In this document: one piece after another, positions 1 to 12,499 of the stretch
Layout: each line of letters begins with the position of its first letter
How positions within the stretch are numbered: position 1 is the stretch's first letter
NCBI GenBank assembly: GCA_013239625.1
Contig: MU054001.1
Span: 4,566,167-4,630,166 of the forward strand
Length of the DNA: 64,000 bases
Source of the DNA: Lama guanicoe
Taxonomy: Eukaryota
Direction: 5' to 3'
Notes under the pieces: model-generated
What the model was told of the DNA's origin: nothing
The model's database searches: none
What the model saw: only the letters and a program-made list of their open reading frames with translations
Position numbers and translations under genes: made by a program

Positions 1-1222
1 CCTTCTTTGGAAAACTCAGCTCCCAGGGAGGACACCCAGCAAACAGGCATGGGAGCTGGGGCAGTAGGGCAGGGGAGAGAAGAGCCTCTTTGGTTTTCAA
101 AAGCCTTGTGATTAAAAAAACACACACACACCAAAAAACCACGAATGATACAAAAGTCACATTTTCTCACCGATATCCCCCCTCCCGACACCATTCTCTC
201 CCTTTCTGTTTCCTGGTGGTGTGGTGAGACTGTTGTGAGATGATTTTGTTCCCTTTGATAATTTTGGCCTCATTCTCCGGGGCTCTTCCCATCAGAGCTC
301 TCTGATGTTATTTTGGCTGATCATATCAAGTGGTTTGTTAACCTGTCTCCTTTTACCCACACTGCCTCCTCAGATCCATGAAATAGCCTGTCCATTTATA
401 TGGAAAATTAGTACATCTTTTTTCCAGCCTCAGCTTAAAACTTTTGAATAATTGGTAATAGTGTTGATTTTCTCCATCTAGCAACTGCCTGTTAATTACA
501 GTTCTTAATATTAATTAGCACTCAGGCTCTGTCCACGCACCCCTCAACCCCAAGATCCAAAACTACACCCAGTGACTTCTCTGTGCTCCCCTCCCAACGC
601 CCATCTTCCTCTCTTGCCAGCCCGTACCTCCTCCAAAGTCCATCTTATAAATTTGGTGGTCTAGGGACTTGGGAACAGTGTAGTTCGCCACTGCTTGTGT
701 TTCCATGGAAATAATTGAGATGTAATAAATAGAGGCATTCTGAGGTTACAGGTTTCTTGATTCAGCTGAGACCACATACAAGTGTAAATTGTCGAGATTT
801 GTTTGGCTAAATGTACATGATCTTGTAGGAAGGGCAAAACAAATCCATTATAGATTCTTTAGCTTTCTGTGTGGATTGGGGCAGCTGACACTTAATGCTA
901 ATATTTAATTCTCCCCCCACCCCCGCCACTGAAGTCACCAACTCCCAGCTTTGGAAGGGCCTGTCTCACTCTAGAAAACATCCTTTATGTCTAGTAATGA
1001 CGGCTTAGAATCTGCCACCTGTTTCCTTGCAAAAACTTGATAAACAATGAGATAAGATGGCTATCTGTCTTGGGCAGGAGGACCCTGCTAAACATTTAAC
1101 CATAAGGCGTGGAGTGTGCCTTAATGACAAAAGGTGCAAAATGCTGATGACTGTACAGCCATGAAGCACTGGGTAGAACCAGCCAGCCTTGGCACTGTGG
1201 TGGCCTGCTACAGAGCGTTAAC

Positions 1223-1278
1223 AGAGGAGGAGGAGGGGGAGGAGGTGGAGGAGGAGGGAGAAGCAGGGGAGGGGGAAA
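1223..1278 (+). repeat. (GGA)n-like polypurine tract
   Basis: agaggaggaggagggggaggaggtggaggaggagggagaagcaggggagggggaaa. Confidence 0.85.
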
Positions 1279-4200
1279 TAGCATCTGATACAGCCTTCCT
1301 AGCTGGAAACTAAGGCTGCGGGTCTGGTTCATTCTAACAGAAAGTTGCAATAATTGCTATATCGGTAGCCAACTCTTAAGCTGGTGGCTGTGGAATTCTT
1401 CCCTTGATGTAGGATTTAATAGTCTGGCAATTAGATGCATTGATTTCTCTTAACTGTTCATTTGGATGTGTAAACGGAAGAAACCTGCCACTGAGGCTGA
1501 TGGTGCAGATGTGCTGCCTGGCTCTTGGAAAAAGGCTGATTTAGATGATAGTGGCAGGAGAATGGATTCTTCAAGGCAGTGTTGGGGCCAGTTCCCTCTT
1601 CTTTTAAAATTTCTGCCCATTTTGCAGGAAAATGAACAGCAGCTGTTGTTCAGACACTGTTTAAAAATAAACAACGGTACCCAGTTATGTCTGAAAAGTG
1701 AGAACATCCTTTTCTGCTGCAGATGCCTATGGAGTGACATTTCTCTCTTTGAGTGACTGGACTGACTTGCATATTTTTGGCAGATGGTCTGTTAGGTACC
1801 AGAGGGGAAAGCCACAAAACACCTTGGCTCTGAGTTCCAGAGGGGCCTCCTGCTGGAAGTCAAGTGAGTTCCCTTTCCCCCTCCTAGGGGCCTGGAGTCA
1901 CCTAGACCACAGTGGTTCTGTCAAGTCCTAAAGAGGTATGGGGACATGGTATCTTCAACCCCTTGGCAGCTGGTGGGCTCTGCGACTTCAGTGGCTTGCA
2001 GAGTGGGTAGATAATGAGCTCTTGCAAATGTTAGCACCTCTTAACTCCCTACTCCTGGACCTGCAGGTTTCTGTAAGCGTCACTAACTTCTGACATGCAG
2101 GCATCTAAAACCATCTAAAAGCAGAGGAGGGCTAGCTTTCCTGAAGGCCCTATCTTTCTTTTTTTCTTATTCTTTCTTTTCTTTTCTTTTTTACCGAGGT
2201 GTATGGGTGGGTTTAGTTAACTCTTTGTTTGGCTGAGGTTAAGCTGGACTTACCTTTCCTGGACCTTGTCCATGGTACACTAGTGTTTGCAAAGAATATT
2301 CTCTTCATGTCTTGAAAATGTTTGCAGTAGATATCAGGGTTCCTTTCTTATCTGCAGGTCCAGGGTAATTACAACAGAATACCTTGAAAACTGTTAGTGG
2401 GCTCCCCGTTGCTGTGCGTAGCCGGGGAAAACCTTGCTACACCTTGGTGAATTTGACAATTTCTGCAAATTCCTGTCAGCTTGCAAGGGCATTTTGTTTA
2501 TAAGCATGTTAGTTGGTAATCAGAGTAGTTTGCACCCAACATGGGCTAATTAAGCCTGGATTGGTTATATCCCAATTGAAGTTTTTGGCGCTGTCAGCTC
2601 CCCCCTGACTGTGGGAGATGTAGGGTGGAGTGGAGTGGGGGAGATACTGATGGAAACTTTTGATTCATTGCTTACCTGCTAGGATCGGTGGCAGCCAACG
2701 ATTGGGGTTGTACACCCAGTAAATAAAAATACTTTACCTTTTTAAAGGAGCGCCAATTAGCTGATTGCTCCGTGTGGCTGTCTTTAAGGAGAGTGCTGTT
2801 TGCCCTATCTTCTTGTACAAAGGTTTGATTTTTAATGTCTTGTGAAAAGGATTCTCTTTGTCTTGATTGATGTCAGGAATAAAAGCATGATGGTAATATC
2901 CCTTTGAAAGCTATTGTATTGTCAGCCCTGGCTGACAGCGGGAGGGCCTCCCAGCGTTATAGATTAGTGCTGTGAAAACACTGACATTTTCTTTGTTACG
3001 TTGCTGTTGTTCTACTTGCAAAGTCAATTACACAATGTCGGAGCTCAGTTACCGAGTTGACTTTGGAAGGAGCTATGTCTTTTCATTCTTTTCTTAAAGA
3101 TACGATTTTCCTTTGCTACTGTTGTTGTTGTTTTATTTTCTTTCTCTTTCTTTTTTGACCTGCTTCCCTCCGGTGACCACCCTCCCTGCCCCGCTAAGAG
3201 TCGGAACGTGTTAGCTAGGCAAACACACTCTGGTTTCCATTGTGACAAGTCAAATTCAAAGATTGCCACATCATTATCTCTGAATTCTTCTGCTCATTCA
3301 CATTTCAGTGGCTTCTTATTGACGTAGTGACTACAGCAGCCAAGATACATAAGAAAACCCATCAAGTGAGATTATGGTGTTGATAATCTGTTATCAAGTG
3401 GGTTGCTCTGGATTTGGGCTCCTTAAGGTTGGCAAATTCCGGGTTTTCTTTCTTTTTCTCCTGTAGACACTGACCCAGGCTGAACCAGGTTCCTGGGTTG
3501 ATGGGATCCCCAGCAAATAGTTCTTTGCCGCAGAAGATTTATAAGCAAGCAGTTCGATCTCAGAGGCCGGGGCTGGTGAGTTTGGATTTAGAATCCTGGA
3601 TGCCATCACGGCAGGGGTAGAAGGGTCTCGTAAGAGAATCTTGTAACCTATCCTTCTCCTGTGGCTCTCCAAGGCGCCTTTCCTGGGTGTCCTTGAACTC
3701 AGGAGTGATTTTTATTCTCATCTATGTGTGTGACATCCTGCTGCTGAAAGGGAGGCAAGCTTGAAATGTCCAAAACTGAAAACGATCAAAGTGGATGTTT
3801 TCATATACACTTCTCCCACCCCGATCCCTGCCTTCTCCAGAAAGAGAAAACCCGAAATTCCTTAGTTCACTGAACCTGGCTTCCAAAGAGGACAGAACTG
3901 GGGCAAGGAGACGGCTGCCACCGACTCCAGATGACAGGGACCCATCAGGAATCTCTGGCCGAGGACACTAATTGTGGGCCCCCAAAGTTATTATTATGAG
4001 CCGCCAGACAAGAGCTTGTGTTCGCCAGCAATTTGTCAGGACTAATTTTGTTTTTCTCCAATAATTGAAAATTAATGTCTTGAAGTGAAAGCAGATGTTC
4101 ATGTCATCTTCTGAATTGGGATATAAAATGGGGCTCTGTAGATGGGCTCACTAATTTAACAGCAATTTCCCTCTCGCAGCTAATGGGGGTGTTGGGGCTG

Positions 4201-4587
4201 ACGTCACCTGAGGCCGGGGTCGGGGGATGAGATGAGCACGGGAGAGCCAGCATTAGCTGCACCAGATCTGGTGGCGGGAGTGTTCCTTTCTGAGGGAGAG
4301 TATGTAAACAGAAATATTTCCTGGGGCTTTGAAACTTGGAGAATTCATTGTTTTGAATACTCATTCACCCAAGAGGTATTTATTGAGATAATTCAAGGCA
4401 TTACCGGGAAGGAGAGCCTTAGTTTGGGGAGACAGTGGATTCCTGCAGGTTAGAGGATGATGGGCTGTGGGCTCATCACCTTTATCTGGAGTAATGTTGG
4501 TTGAAGGTGCAGCTTCGGGGCCCAGATCCTAGAGCTGCTCGCCCTGCTGGTCTGAGGAGGGGCTCAGAACTCTTCATTTCTCTCCCT

Positions 4588-4700
4588 TTAATAAAATTGA
4601 GGTAAGACAGACATACGTAAAATTTACCATCTTAGCTGTTTGTAAGTGTCCTGTCCAGTGGCATTAAGTACGTTCACATTGTTGTGCAACCATCATCACT
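4588..4700 (-). mobile_element. L1 (L1MB-like) 3' end fragment
   Basis: aaaatttaccatcttagctgtttgtaagtgt...cagtggcattaagtacgttcacattgttgtgcaaccatca resembles an antisense L1MB 3' UTR terminus. Confidence 0.7.
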
Positions 4701-7141
4701 GTCAACTTTCATTTTTAGCCAACGCCCAGGTGGTGGTCCAGGGTTTGGGGTTGGGGGCTCTTCACTCATCACCCTCCAAGGAGACTGTTCAGCCCAAGGC
4801 CTCCCTTTTCCAAGGAGAAATGAGAGACAGAGGCTCTGAAGATAAAGTGGCTCTGGGAGCTGGTGGTGCTTTTCCTTGGTCTAGCTCGAGAGGGGAGACT
4901 GACGTGCCCAAGGCTGGGCAGGACAGGAGATGAGGAGCTGTGGGCAGGGGGCAGGGCCGGAGGGGTGCTCAGGAGCCGTTGAGTGATCTGGTGACCGCTC
5001 TCAGGATTAGAACATTTGTTCTCTCTCCTCTGGGGACACCATTCCTCTGGAGACTGAGACTGGCAGATCTGAGGTTGCCCCATGGCCCCCACACCTGCCT
5101 GCTAGGACCCAGGCAGCCTGTCTGACTTGCCCAGCCCTGCACACTTCAGGCCCGTCTGTCTGTGATGGGGAAGGGAAGGGAAGCTGCTCTGGAAGGGCCC
5201 CTTAGTTCCCTTGATTTCTAGCTCTGGCCCGTGTGGCTCTGGTACTGCCGACACTTTATACCCTTTTCCTCCTTGGTGGTGCCAGGTACATTTTTCCTCC
5301 CCTGGTCTTTTTCTGTAATTGAAATTTGCCCTTTCGTTACCTGGGCATGAATTATTTTTTGCAGCGTTGTCATTCCCTGTCCTGCTGTGAGGTTTATCTC
5401 TTCTGTTGATCCTAATTAAATAAAACATACTGTTCACCTAACTCCTGTTGCACTGAATTTTACCTGCCTGAGGCAGAGTAATGGCCATCTGGGCTTGGTT
5501 AGGGAGCAGGGCATGGCTAGATAAGGGAGCTGGGATGGTAGTGGCTACCACATCTGGGCTGGGTATACCCCCTTGGCCTGGGGGCTGCAGGACCTTGTAA
5601 CCACCAGCAACATGTGGCCTATTTCTGGTTCCTGAACGTGAGATACTGCTTTGTCCCTAGCCCCCTGGGACTGCAGGCCTGAACTTGGGGAGAGGAGAGA
5701 CAATCACCAGCTCCAGAGAGCCCCCAGGGAGAGGGTGAGGGAGGAGAGCGGTCTCTCAGGGCGCTGTATGGAAAGATGGGGCAGGCTCCAGTCACCTGGG
5801 GTGGAGGCTGCAGAGTGCGCTGGGTTCTCTGGGGAGCCACGAGCAGAGCACATGCTCTCAGTGCCCAGGACAGCTCTGCAGATGTCCTGTCCCCTCAGGG
5901 AGAGAGGGACCAGCCAGACATACACGTTGGGAAGATTCAGACCTTTACTATTTTTGCCTTTGAACTTCTCAGAATCCTGAAAATCCCAGGTTGAAGAGGA
6001 ACCTTGGAGGTCACTGTCTTTAGACTTCTTTGCGGGTGTTTGTGGCATCCTTAGTCTCAGCCAGCCTGGACTCACACACCTTCAGTCTCAGGGAGCTCAC
6101 TTGGCACATCTCTGCATTTTTAGCTTGAATTTCACATGCTCCTCTTTCCATTAAAATGCAGTCTGCCTCCTGTAATGTAGGTGTGTTGGTCCTGGGGCTG
6201 TCTCTTGGGGCCGCAGGGAGTAACTCAAGTCTCCATTCCCCAGAACAGCCCTGTTGAGAGTTGGCAAAGCTGGCCTTGCTCAACTTGCCCAAGGGAAGGA
6301 CTTCTTCGTTTGGGACACGGTCAGCCCAGTGGGCTTCCAAGGCTCCACGCTCATTCGCATGTGACCTTGACTTGGGCTTCTGGGTCCTTGTGTTTAAAAA
6401 GGATTTGTTAGATAAATGAGTAACTGTGTAAACTGTTGAGGGAAGAAATGAATGGGTGGACAAGTGAATAAGTGAATGGTGAACAAATGACTGCTTAATG
6501 AGTAGATGAGTGAGTGAATGAATGAGTGGGTGAACTGGTAGGGAGCAGAGATCATCTGCTTTAAAGGTGACTGGGGCTCACGGCTGGCATCTTGGGTGGT
6601 CTCTCCCATCCCCTCAGCTGGCCCCTATTCTGTTCAGGAGGTGGGAGATGTTCCCCCTGGAGGACTGGGAGCCCTCGTGCCCCTGGGGTTATGGTGCTTT
6701 GTGCCATTTCCCCTTTGTCCTCAGCCCAGAGGGAGGTGGGGCTGTGTGTAACGCTCTCTTCTATGAGGTTGTAGCTACTGTTTTAAAAATTTTTTAAATT
6801 GTTTTTAAAAAATTTATCCATTTTTTAATTGAGGTATAGTCAGTTGACAGTGTCGTGTCTAATTTCTGGTGTATGGCATAATGTTTCGGTCAGACATATT
6901 CATACATATGTTCCTTTTTATATTCATTTTCATTATAGGTTATTATAAGGTATTGAATATAGTTCCCACTGCTATACAGTATAAACTTGTTTATCTATTG
7001 TATATATAGTGATAGTATCTGCAGATCTTGAGCTCCCAGTTTATCCCTTCCCACCCCCTCCCCCCACGGGTAACCATGAGTTTGTTCTCTATGTCTGTAA
7101 GTCTTTTTCTGTTTTGTAAGTAAGTTCATTTATGTCTTTTT

Positions 7142-8242
7142 AAAAATGTAATTTAATTTAACTTTTTAGCTTAAATATCTTTTTTTTTGTATTGAATTAC
7201 AGTCAATTACAATGCATCAATCTCTGGTTTACAGCACAATGTCCCAGTCATGCACATACATACATATATTCATTTTCATTTTTTCCATTAAAGGTTATTA
7301 CAAGATATTGAACATAGTTCCCTGTGCTATGCAAAAGAAACTTTTTAAAAAAATCTATTTTTATATATAGTGGCTGACATTTGTAAATCTCAAACTCCCA
7401 AACTTATCCCCTCCCACCCCCTTTCCTCGGTAACCATAAGATTGTTTACTAAGTCTGCGCGTCTGTTCCTGTGTTGTAGATGAGTTCATAGTGTCCTTTT
7501 TTTTCTTTTAAGATTCCACATCTGAGTGATATCATATGGTATTTTTCTTTCTCCTTCTGGCTTACTTCACTTAGAATGACAGTCACTAGGTCCATCCATG
7601 TCGCTGCAAATGGCATTATTTTATTTTTTATGGCTGAGTAGTATTCCGTCGTATAAATATACCACACCTTCTTTATCCAGTCATCTATTGATAGACATTT
7701 AGGTTGGTTCCATGTCTTGGCTATTGTATATAGTGATGCCATGAACATTGGGGTGCATGTATCTTTTTGCATTAGAATTCTCTCCGGATATATACCCAGA
7801 AGTGGGATTGCTGGATCATATGGTGAGTCTATTTTTAATTTTTTGAGGAATCTCCATACTGTTTTCCATAATGGCTGCACCAAACTACATTCCCACCAAC
7901 AGTGTAGGATGGTTCCCTTTTCTCCATACCCTCTCCAGCATTTATCATTTGTGGACTTTTTAATGATGGCCATTCTGACTGGTGTGAGGTGACACCTCAT
8001 TGTAGTTTTGATTTGCATTTCTCTGATAATTTTTTCGTATGTCCACTGATCATTTGTATGTCTTCATTGGAGAAATGCTTGTTTAGGTCTCCTGCCTATT
8101 TTTGGATTGTGTTTTTTGTTTGTTTGTTGTTAAGTTGTATGAGCTGTTTATATATTCTGGAAATTAAGCCTTTGTCAGTCACATCATTTGCAAATATTTT
8201 CTCCCACTCCATAGGTTGTCATTTTGTTTTGCTATGGTTTCC
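7142..8242 (-). mobile_element. Inner L1 with the ORF2p C-terminal (cysteine-rich) coding remnant
   Basis: ORF 7449-8018(-) [22 protein letters not shown]...HCWWEC...[13 protein letters not shown]...[10 protein letters not shown] is the L1 ORF2p C-terminus. TSD TCATT(T/C)ATGTCTTTTT at 7126-7141 and 8243-8258. Confidence 0.92.
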
Positions 8243-8400
8243 TCATTCATGTCTTTTTTCCTCATGCATGCCTTTTTTTTCAGATTCCACATATAAGTGA
8301 TATCATATGGTATTTTTCTTTCTCTTTCTCGCTTACTTCACTTAGAATGACAATCTCTAGGTCCATTCATGTTGCAGCAAATGGCATTATTTTATTCTTT

Positions 8401-8436
<36 letters not shown>

Positions 8437-8440
8437 TATA
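8401..8440. repeat. (TA)n microsatellite inside the outer L1
   Basis: About 20 TA units with one interruption. Confidence 0.95.
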
Positions 8441-9879
8441 CATACCACAGCTTCTTTATCCAATCACCTGTTGATGGACATTTAGGTTGTTTCTATGTTT
8501 TGGCTATTGTAAATAGTGTGTAGCTACTGTTTATGGAAGGCTTTATGCCAAGGGTTGTGCTAGATTGTAAAATGTTTTTAAACAATAAAAGCAATATGAG
8601 ACTTTTGTACTAACTTTAAATAATTTAAATTGAATAAACTCTCCCTTCTCTGCTTCCTGCCACAATCCTATATTTGACCCAGCTTGGTGCTGGCCAGGAC
8701 TCTGCTGTCTAGCCTCCATTAAGTGGCCTTTGGACCTTCTGCATTTTTTAGGGGCCATTTGCCCCTGAATAGTATCAGGAGGGAAAGATGGGTTGGGAGA
8801 ATCATGCAGGAAAGAGAAAATAGGATCGTTTGCAGGGGAACCTGCCAGTAAAATAAAGCTCAGCATAAAAAAGAAAGACCCGCCTACTCGCTTAAAATTG
8901 ATTTATTTCTCTCGTAGGGGAGGGTTGTGGTTTGGAGGAGGCATGTGCTGTGATCTTGGGCAGCTCCCTCTGTGGGCCTTTGTTTTCCTGTCTATAAAAT
9001 GGGATGGAACTGGTTGGCTTGGCTGTCGATCTTAGTTGGTGTAGGATTTCAATTCCTGGAACATTAGAGCGGGAAAACACTGGATGCTTTAGCTTTAACA
9101 TAATACAGGCTAGAAAGATATTGTTAGGCCTTTTCAAAGTACGTTTTAAGTGATGGGTCCATAGAGTGAGAATTCTGAAGTCTAGGGAGTCCTCCAGTTC
9201 GAGCCTCCTTTGCTTCTCTGACCCTTTGGAGGGTTGAGGGGGAACATCAGACAAGAGAAGGCATGACTGTGCTGCCAGTACCTTTTCAGGTGCCTGAGAG
9301 TCCAGCCTGATGTGTCCCTGGCTTTTTTGCCTCCAGGGCCTTTGCCAAGCCTCCTTGGAGCAGGCTCCCCAGTACTCCTCTAATCCAAGGGCATTGTGGG
9401 CGGGGAAGGTTCGAGTCCCACACATGCCCATCCAGAGCCACCAGCTTGGCCAGCCCAATCCCAGGGAGGATGTGGAGGGATGGTCATGACCAAACACTCA
9501 CCTGTGCCAGGCCCCGCCTTCAGCTCTTCCCACCTGTTCTCACAACAGCTCTCTGATTTATTTCACGGTTACACAAACCAAGGCCCAGAAGGACCTTGCC
9601 CACAGTCACGTGGCTGGAGGGAGCAGAAGCGGGATTAGCCAGGCCCTGTCCATCTCCGGAGCCTGGAGTCAGTAACGTTACCTTTACTTATAACTGCCCA
9701 TGGGGCCTGAAAAGACAGCAGAGAAACTCGTGCTTTCTCCAGGGGCTGGAGAAGTCCTCGGACTCTGGGCTAGGAGAGAGGGCCGTGAGTGAAGGCAGGA
9801 GTGCTGTCCTGTTCCCCACCCATCCGTGTACTCCTTTTGGGCTGTCCATATCCACGTCTTTCAAAAAAATGATTTACAC

Positions 9880-10780
9880 ATCTTAAAAAATAATTTAATC
9901 CCCTCCTTCCCCAGAGATGAGCACTGTTATCCACAGTTATCTTTCCTCCCACACCTCTTCTGTGGTAGATTTACACAAAAACATATGTATATACACCAAT
10001 GCATACATAATTTTAAACCAAGATGCTATCGTATTCTGCTTGACTACACTTTCTCTTAATTGCTGTTTTCACGAGGCAGTGAGTTTCCAATCTTGGTTGC
10101 ACATAAATGTCATCTTAGGCACTTAAAGAGATAGCATTACCTGGGCCCCACCATAGACCAGATAAATAATCCAGACTCTTGAGGTTGGGGCCCCAGGTCA
10201 GTTTAGTTTAGTTTAGTTTAGTTTTGTTTGAAAGCTTTCAGGTTACATCAAGTGTGCAGCCAGGGTTAAGAACTATTGGTCTAGGAGACACCATCATGTT
10301 AGTATTATAGACAACTCCCCTTCAACAGCTGTAACGCCATCGAATGGGTATACCAGCATTTATTTACTGTCCTCTCTTGAGGGATGTTTAGTTCTTCACT
10401 GTTATAAACAAGGATGCAAGGAACATCCTTGCTTCTAAATCTTTGTGTTTCTTAGGCTAGATTCCCAGAAGTGGAATTGTTAGGTCAAAGGGTAGTCACT
10501 TGAAAAATCTGAAGGATATTTGCAAATTGCCCTCCACAAAGGATGTACCAATTTACCCTTCAATAATAGTGTGAATGCGTGTTTCTCCTAACCCTTGCCC
10601 ACATATGATGTGTCCCATTTTTTCTTTTCTTGTCCTTCTCCTCCTCTTTCTTTTTCCCCTTTTTCCTTTTTGCCAATCTGGCAGGCAAGAAATAGTTCAT
10701 TGTTTTAATTTGTACTTCCCTGATTTCTAGTGAGGTTGACCATTTTTCTTATCATTATAAAACATTTTAATTTCTTCTTT
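9880..10780 (-). mobile_element. Ancient L1 (L1M/L1ME-like) fragment, interrupted by a MER5-type element
   Basis: ctagattcccagaagtggaattgttaggtcaaaggg...tgcaaattgccctccacaaaggatgtaccaatttac...cattgttttaatttgtacttccctgatttctagtgaggttga, a degenerate antisense ORF2 end. Confidence 0.7.
10077..10278. mobile_element. MER5-type hAT-Charlie MITE
   Basis: cagtgagtttccaatcttggttgcacat...gggccccacc...ggggcccc...tgtgcagccagggttaagaactattg; quasi-palindromic; internal (TTTAG)n. Confidence 0.65.
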
Positions 10781-10867
10781 AAGAAGGGGAACTGCACTGA
10801 ACTCTCTGAATGTGGAACTTGGGGATTTGGACATTTCTTTCCCTCAACTAGTCTTTAGTCATAGATC

Positions 10868-11024
10868 TTCTTCCATCTGTCCATCCATCCATCTACTCAT
10901 CCATGCATCATCCATCCATCCGTCCTCCATCATCTCTCCATCCCTCTGTCATTCATCCATCCTCTTCTCTTCGCCCATCACTTCCCTTTCCTTCCTTTTC
11001 TTCCATCCATCCATCCATCCATCC
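10868..11024. repeat. Degenerate (TCCA)n / pyrimidine-rich simple repeat, probably an expanded L2 tail
   Basis: ccatccatcc arrays with CT-rich spacers, followed by L2-like sequence. Confidence 0.8.
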
Positions 11025-12114
11025 GAGTCCTGAGTATCTTACCCAGGTGAGTATCTTAGCCTGAGCTCCAAGGAGGATGCAGAGATGAACCAAATGGAGG
11101 CCATACCCTTAGGGAGCCCACAGTCTGGAGAGGATGTACAGCCCTAACCACAGGACCAGACAGGGCAGCCCAAGCCCAGGAGGTGCAGGTTGAGGGCTGA
11201 CAGAAGTTGGAGGGGCTCCTTTTGATAGGGGGAATCAGGCATGGCCTGGAAGAAGGGGTAGTGTTTGATCTGGGCCCAGAAGGACAGAATCACAGCACCC
11301 AGAGCAGCTAACATTTGACGAGCACCCCTGTGTGCAGGCCCTGGGCTGTGTACTTTCTAGGCAGTATTTCAGTTCGTCTCGACACTCACTCCTGACTGCT
11401 GAGGCGGAGGCCTTATTAGGCTTTCTTTTTCACAAGCAGTAATGGATCTTAGAGAACCGTTAGCCGAACTCCTTCTCATGTGACTGGTCAGACTTTCCAG
11501 AGAGGGCAAGTCGGATGTCCAAGGTCACACGATGATCTTGTGGCAGAATTGTGCCTGGGGGCAAGGCAAGGAGGAGAGGAGGAGAAGGGGTGGATCTTGC
11601 TGCTGCCACTGACCTAGGCCAGGATCTGCCTTGGGAACAAGTTGGACCTCTCAAGCCATGGGTGGTGTGGGGGGATCCTGAGCAGGTAGACCTGAACTCC
11701 CACGTCTTATCCCACCTACTTCCTCGCCATGTAAATCGTGAGCCTTAGCCTCATTTTCTATGCAATGGGGGCTCCACTCCCAGGAAAGCTGTGAGAAAGA
11801 GCTTTGTAAAACTGAAATGCCACCCGGGATGGGGGTAGGACTCACACTCTGAAGCTGCCTCACTTTCCATTCTCTCCCTCTCTCACCTATACGTTTGCAC
11901 TCAGAATGCAACACCAGAGAAAATTCTTGGGTAAAACCTAACTTTAACCTGTTGCCCGCTGGGGCCACCCTACCCTCTTGGTGGTTTCGGGTTATGAGTG
12001 AGGTTTCTGCATGCCTCATTCTCCCCACCTGGTCCAGGACAGCTGTCTTTCTAAAGGGGTGCACTGGCCAGGCACAGGGAAGGGGACTATGTGGGAGGGT
12101 GTATGCCCCAGAAA

Positions 12115-12253
12115 GGGTGTGCGTGTGTGTGTCTGTGTACATGAGTCCGTGTGTGCCTGTGGGTGTGTGCATGTGTGTGTGAGTCTGTGCATATGTGTAC
12201 TAGCTGGAGTTCAGCTGTGTGTCCATGTATGATGCGTGTGTGGGTGTGTGAGT
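12115..12253. repeat. Degenerate (TG)n-rich tract
   Basis: gtgtgcgtgtgtgtgtctgtgtacatgagtccgtgtgtgcctgtgggtgtgtgcatgtgtgtgtgag... Confidence 0.8.
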
Positions 12254-12499
12254 GCCAGCCTCCAGGAGGGGAAGAGACTCGTCATTGGTTTCATGGTTCA
12301 GACTATGAGTACAGGGGTAGAGACCACACATGGGGGGTAGACTTTGTTCATGAATTTACCTTACACCCATTCATTGAGATGCTTTTGGAGCACCTACTAT
12401 GTGCCAAGCACCATGCTAGACTTGACCCCACTAAAACAAAGAGACAAGTCCTTTCTCCTTGATAAGATTCTGTTTACATCTGTAAAGCCATGGTTGTGA

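Larger units (their letters stand above)
6784..8518 (-). mobile_element. Outer 5'-truncated L1, split by a second L1
   Basis: The L1 3' UTR (ttgaggtatagtcagttgacag...) breaks at ~7140 and resumes at ~8278 (agattccacatataagtgatatc...). Perfect 14-bp TSD TGTAGCTACTGTTT at 6770-6783 and 8519-8532. Confidence 0.9.

Noticed and set aside
1096..1350. Polyproline ORF
   Set aside because: It is only the antisense reading of the GGA repeat and has a non-ATG start.
11031..11058. CAG|GTGAGT as a recursive splice site, between 11-bp direct repeats TGAGTATCTTA
   Set aside because: Short pyrimidine tract and two AGs just upstream; it looks like a micro-duplication in an L2-like tail.
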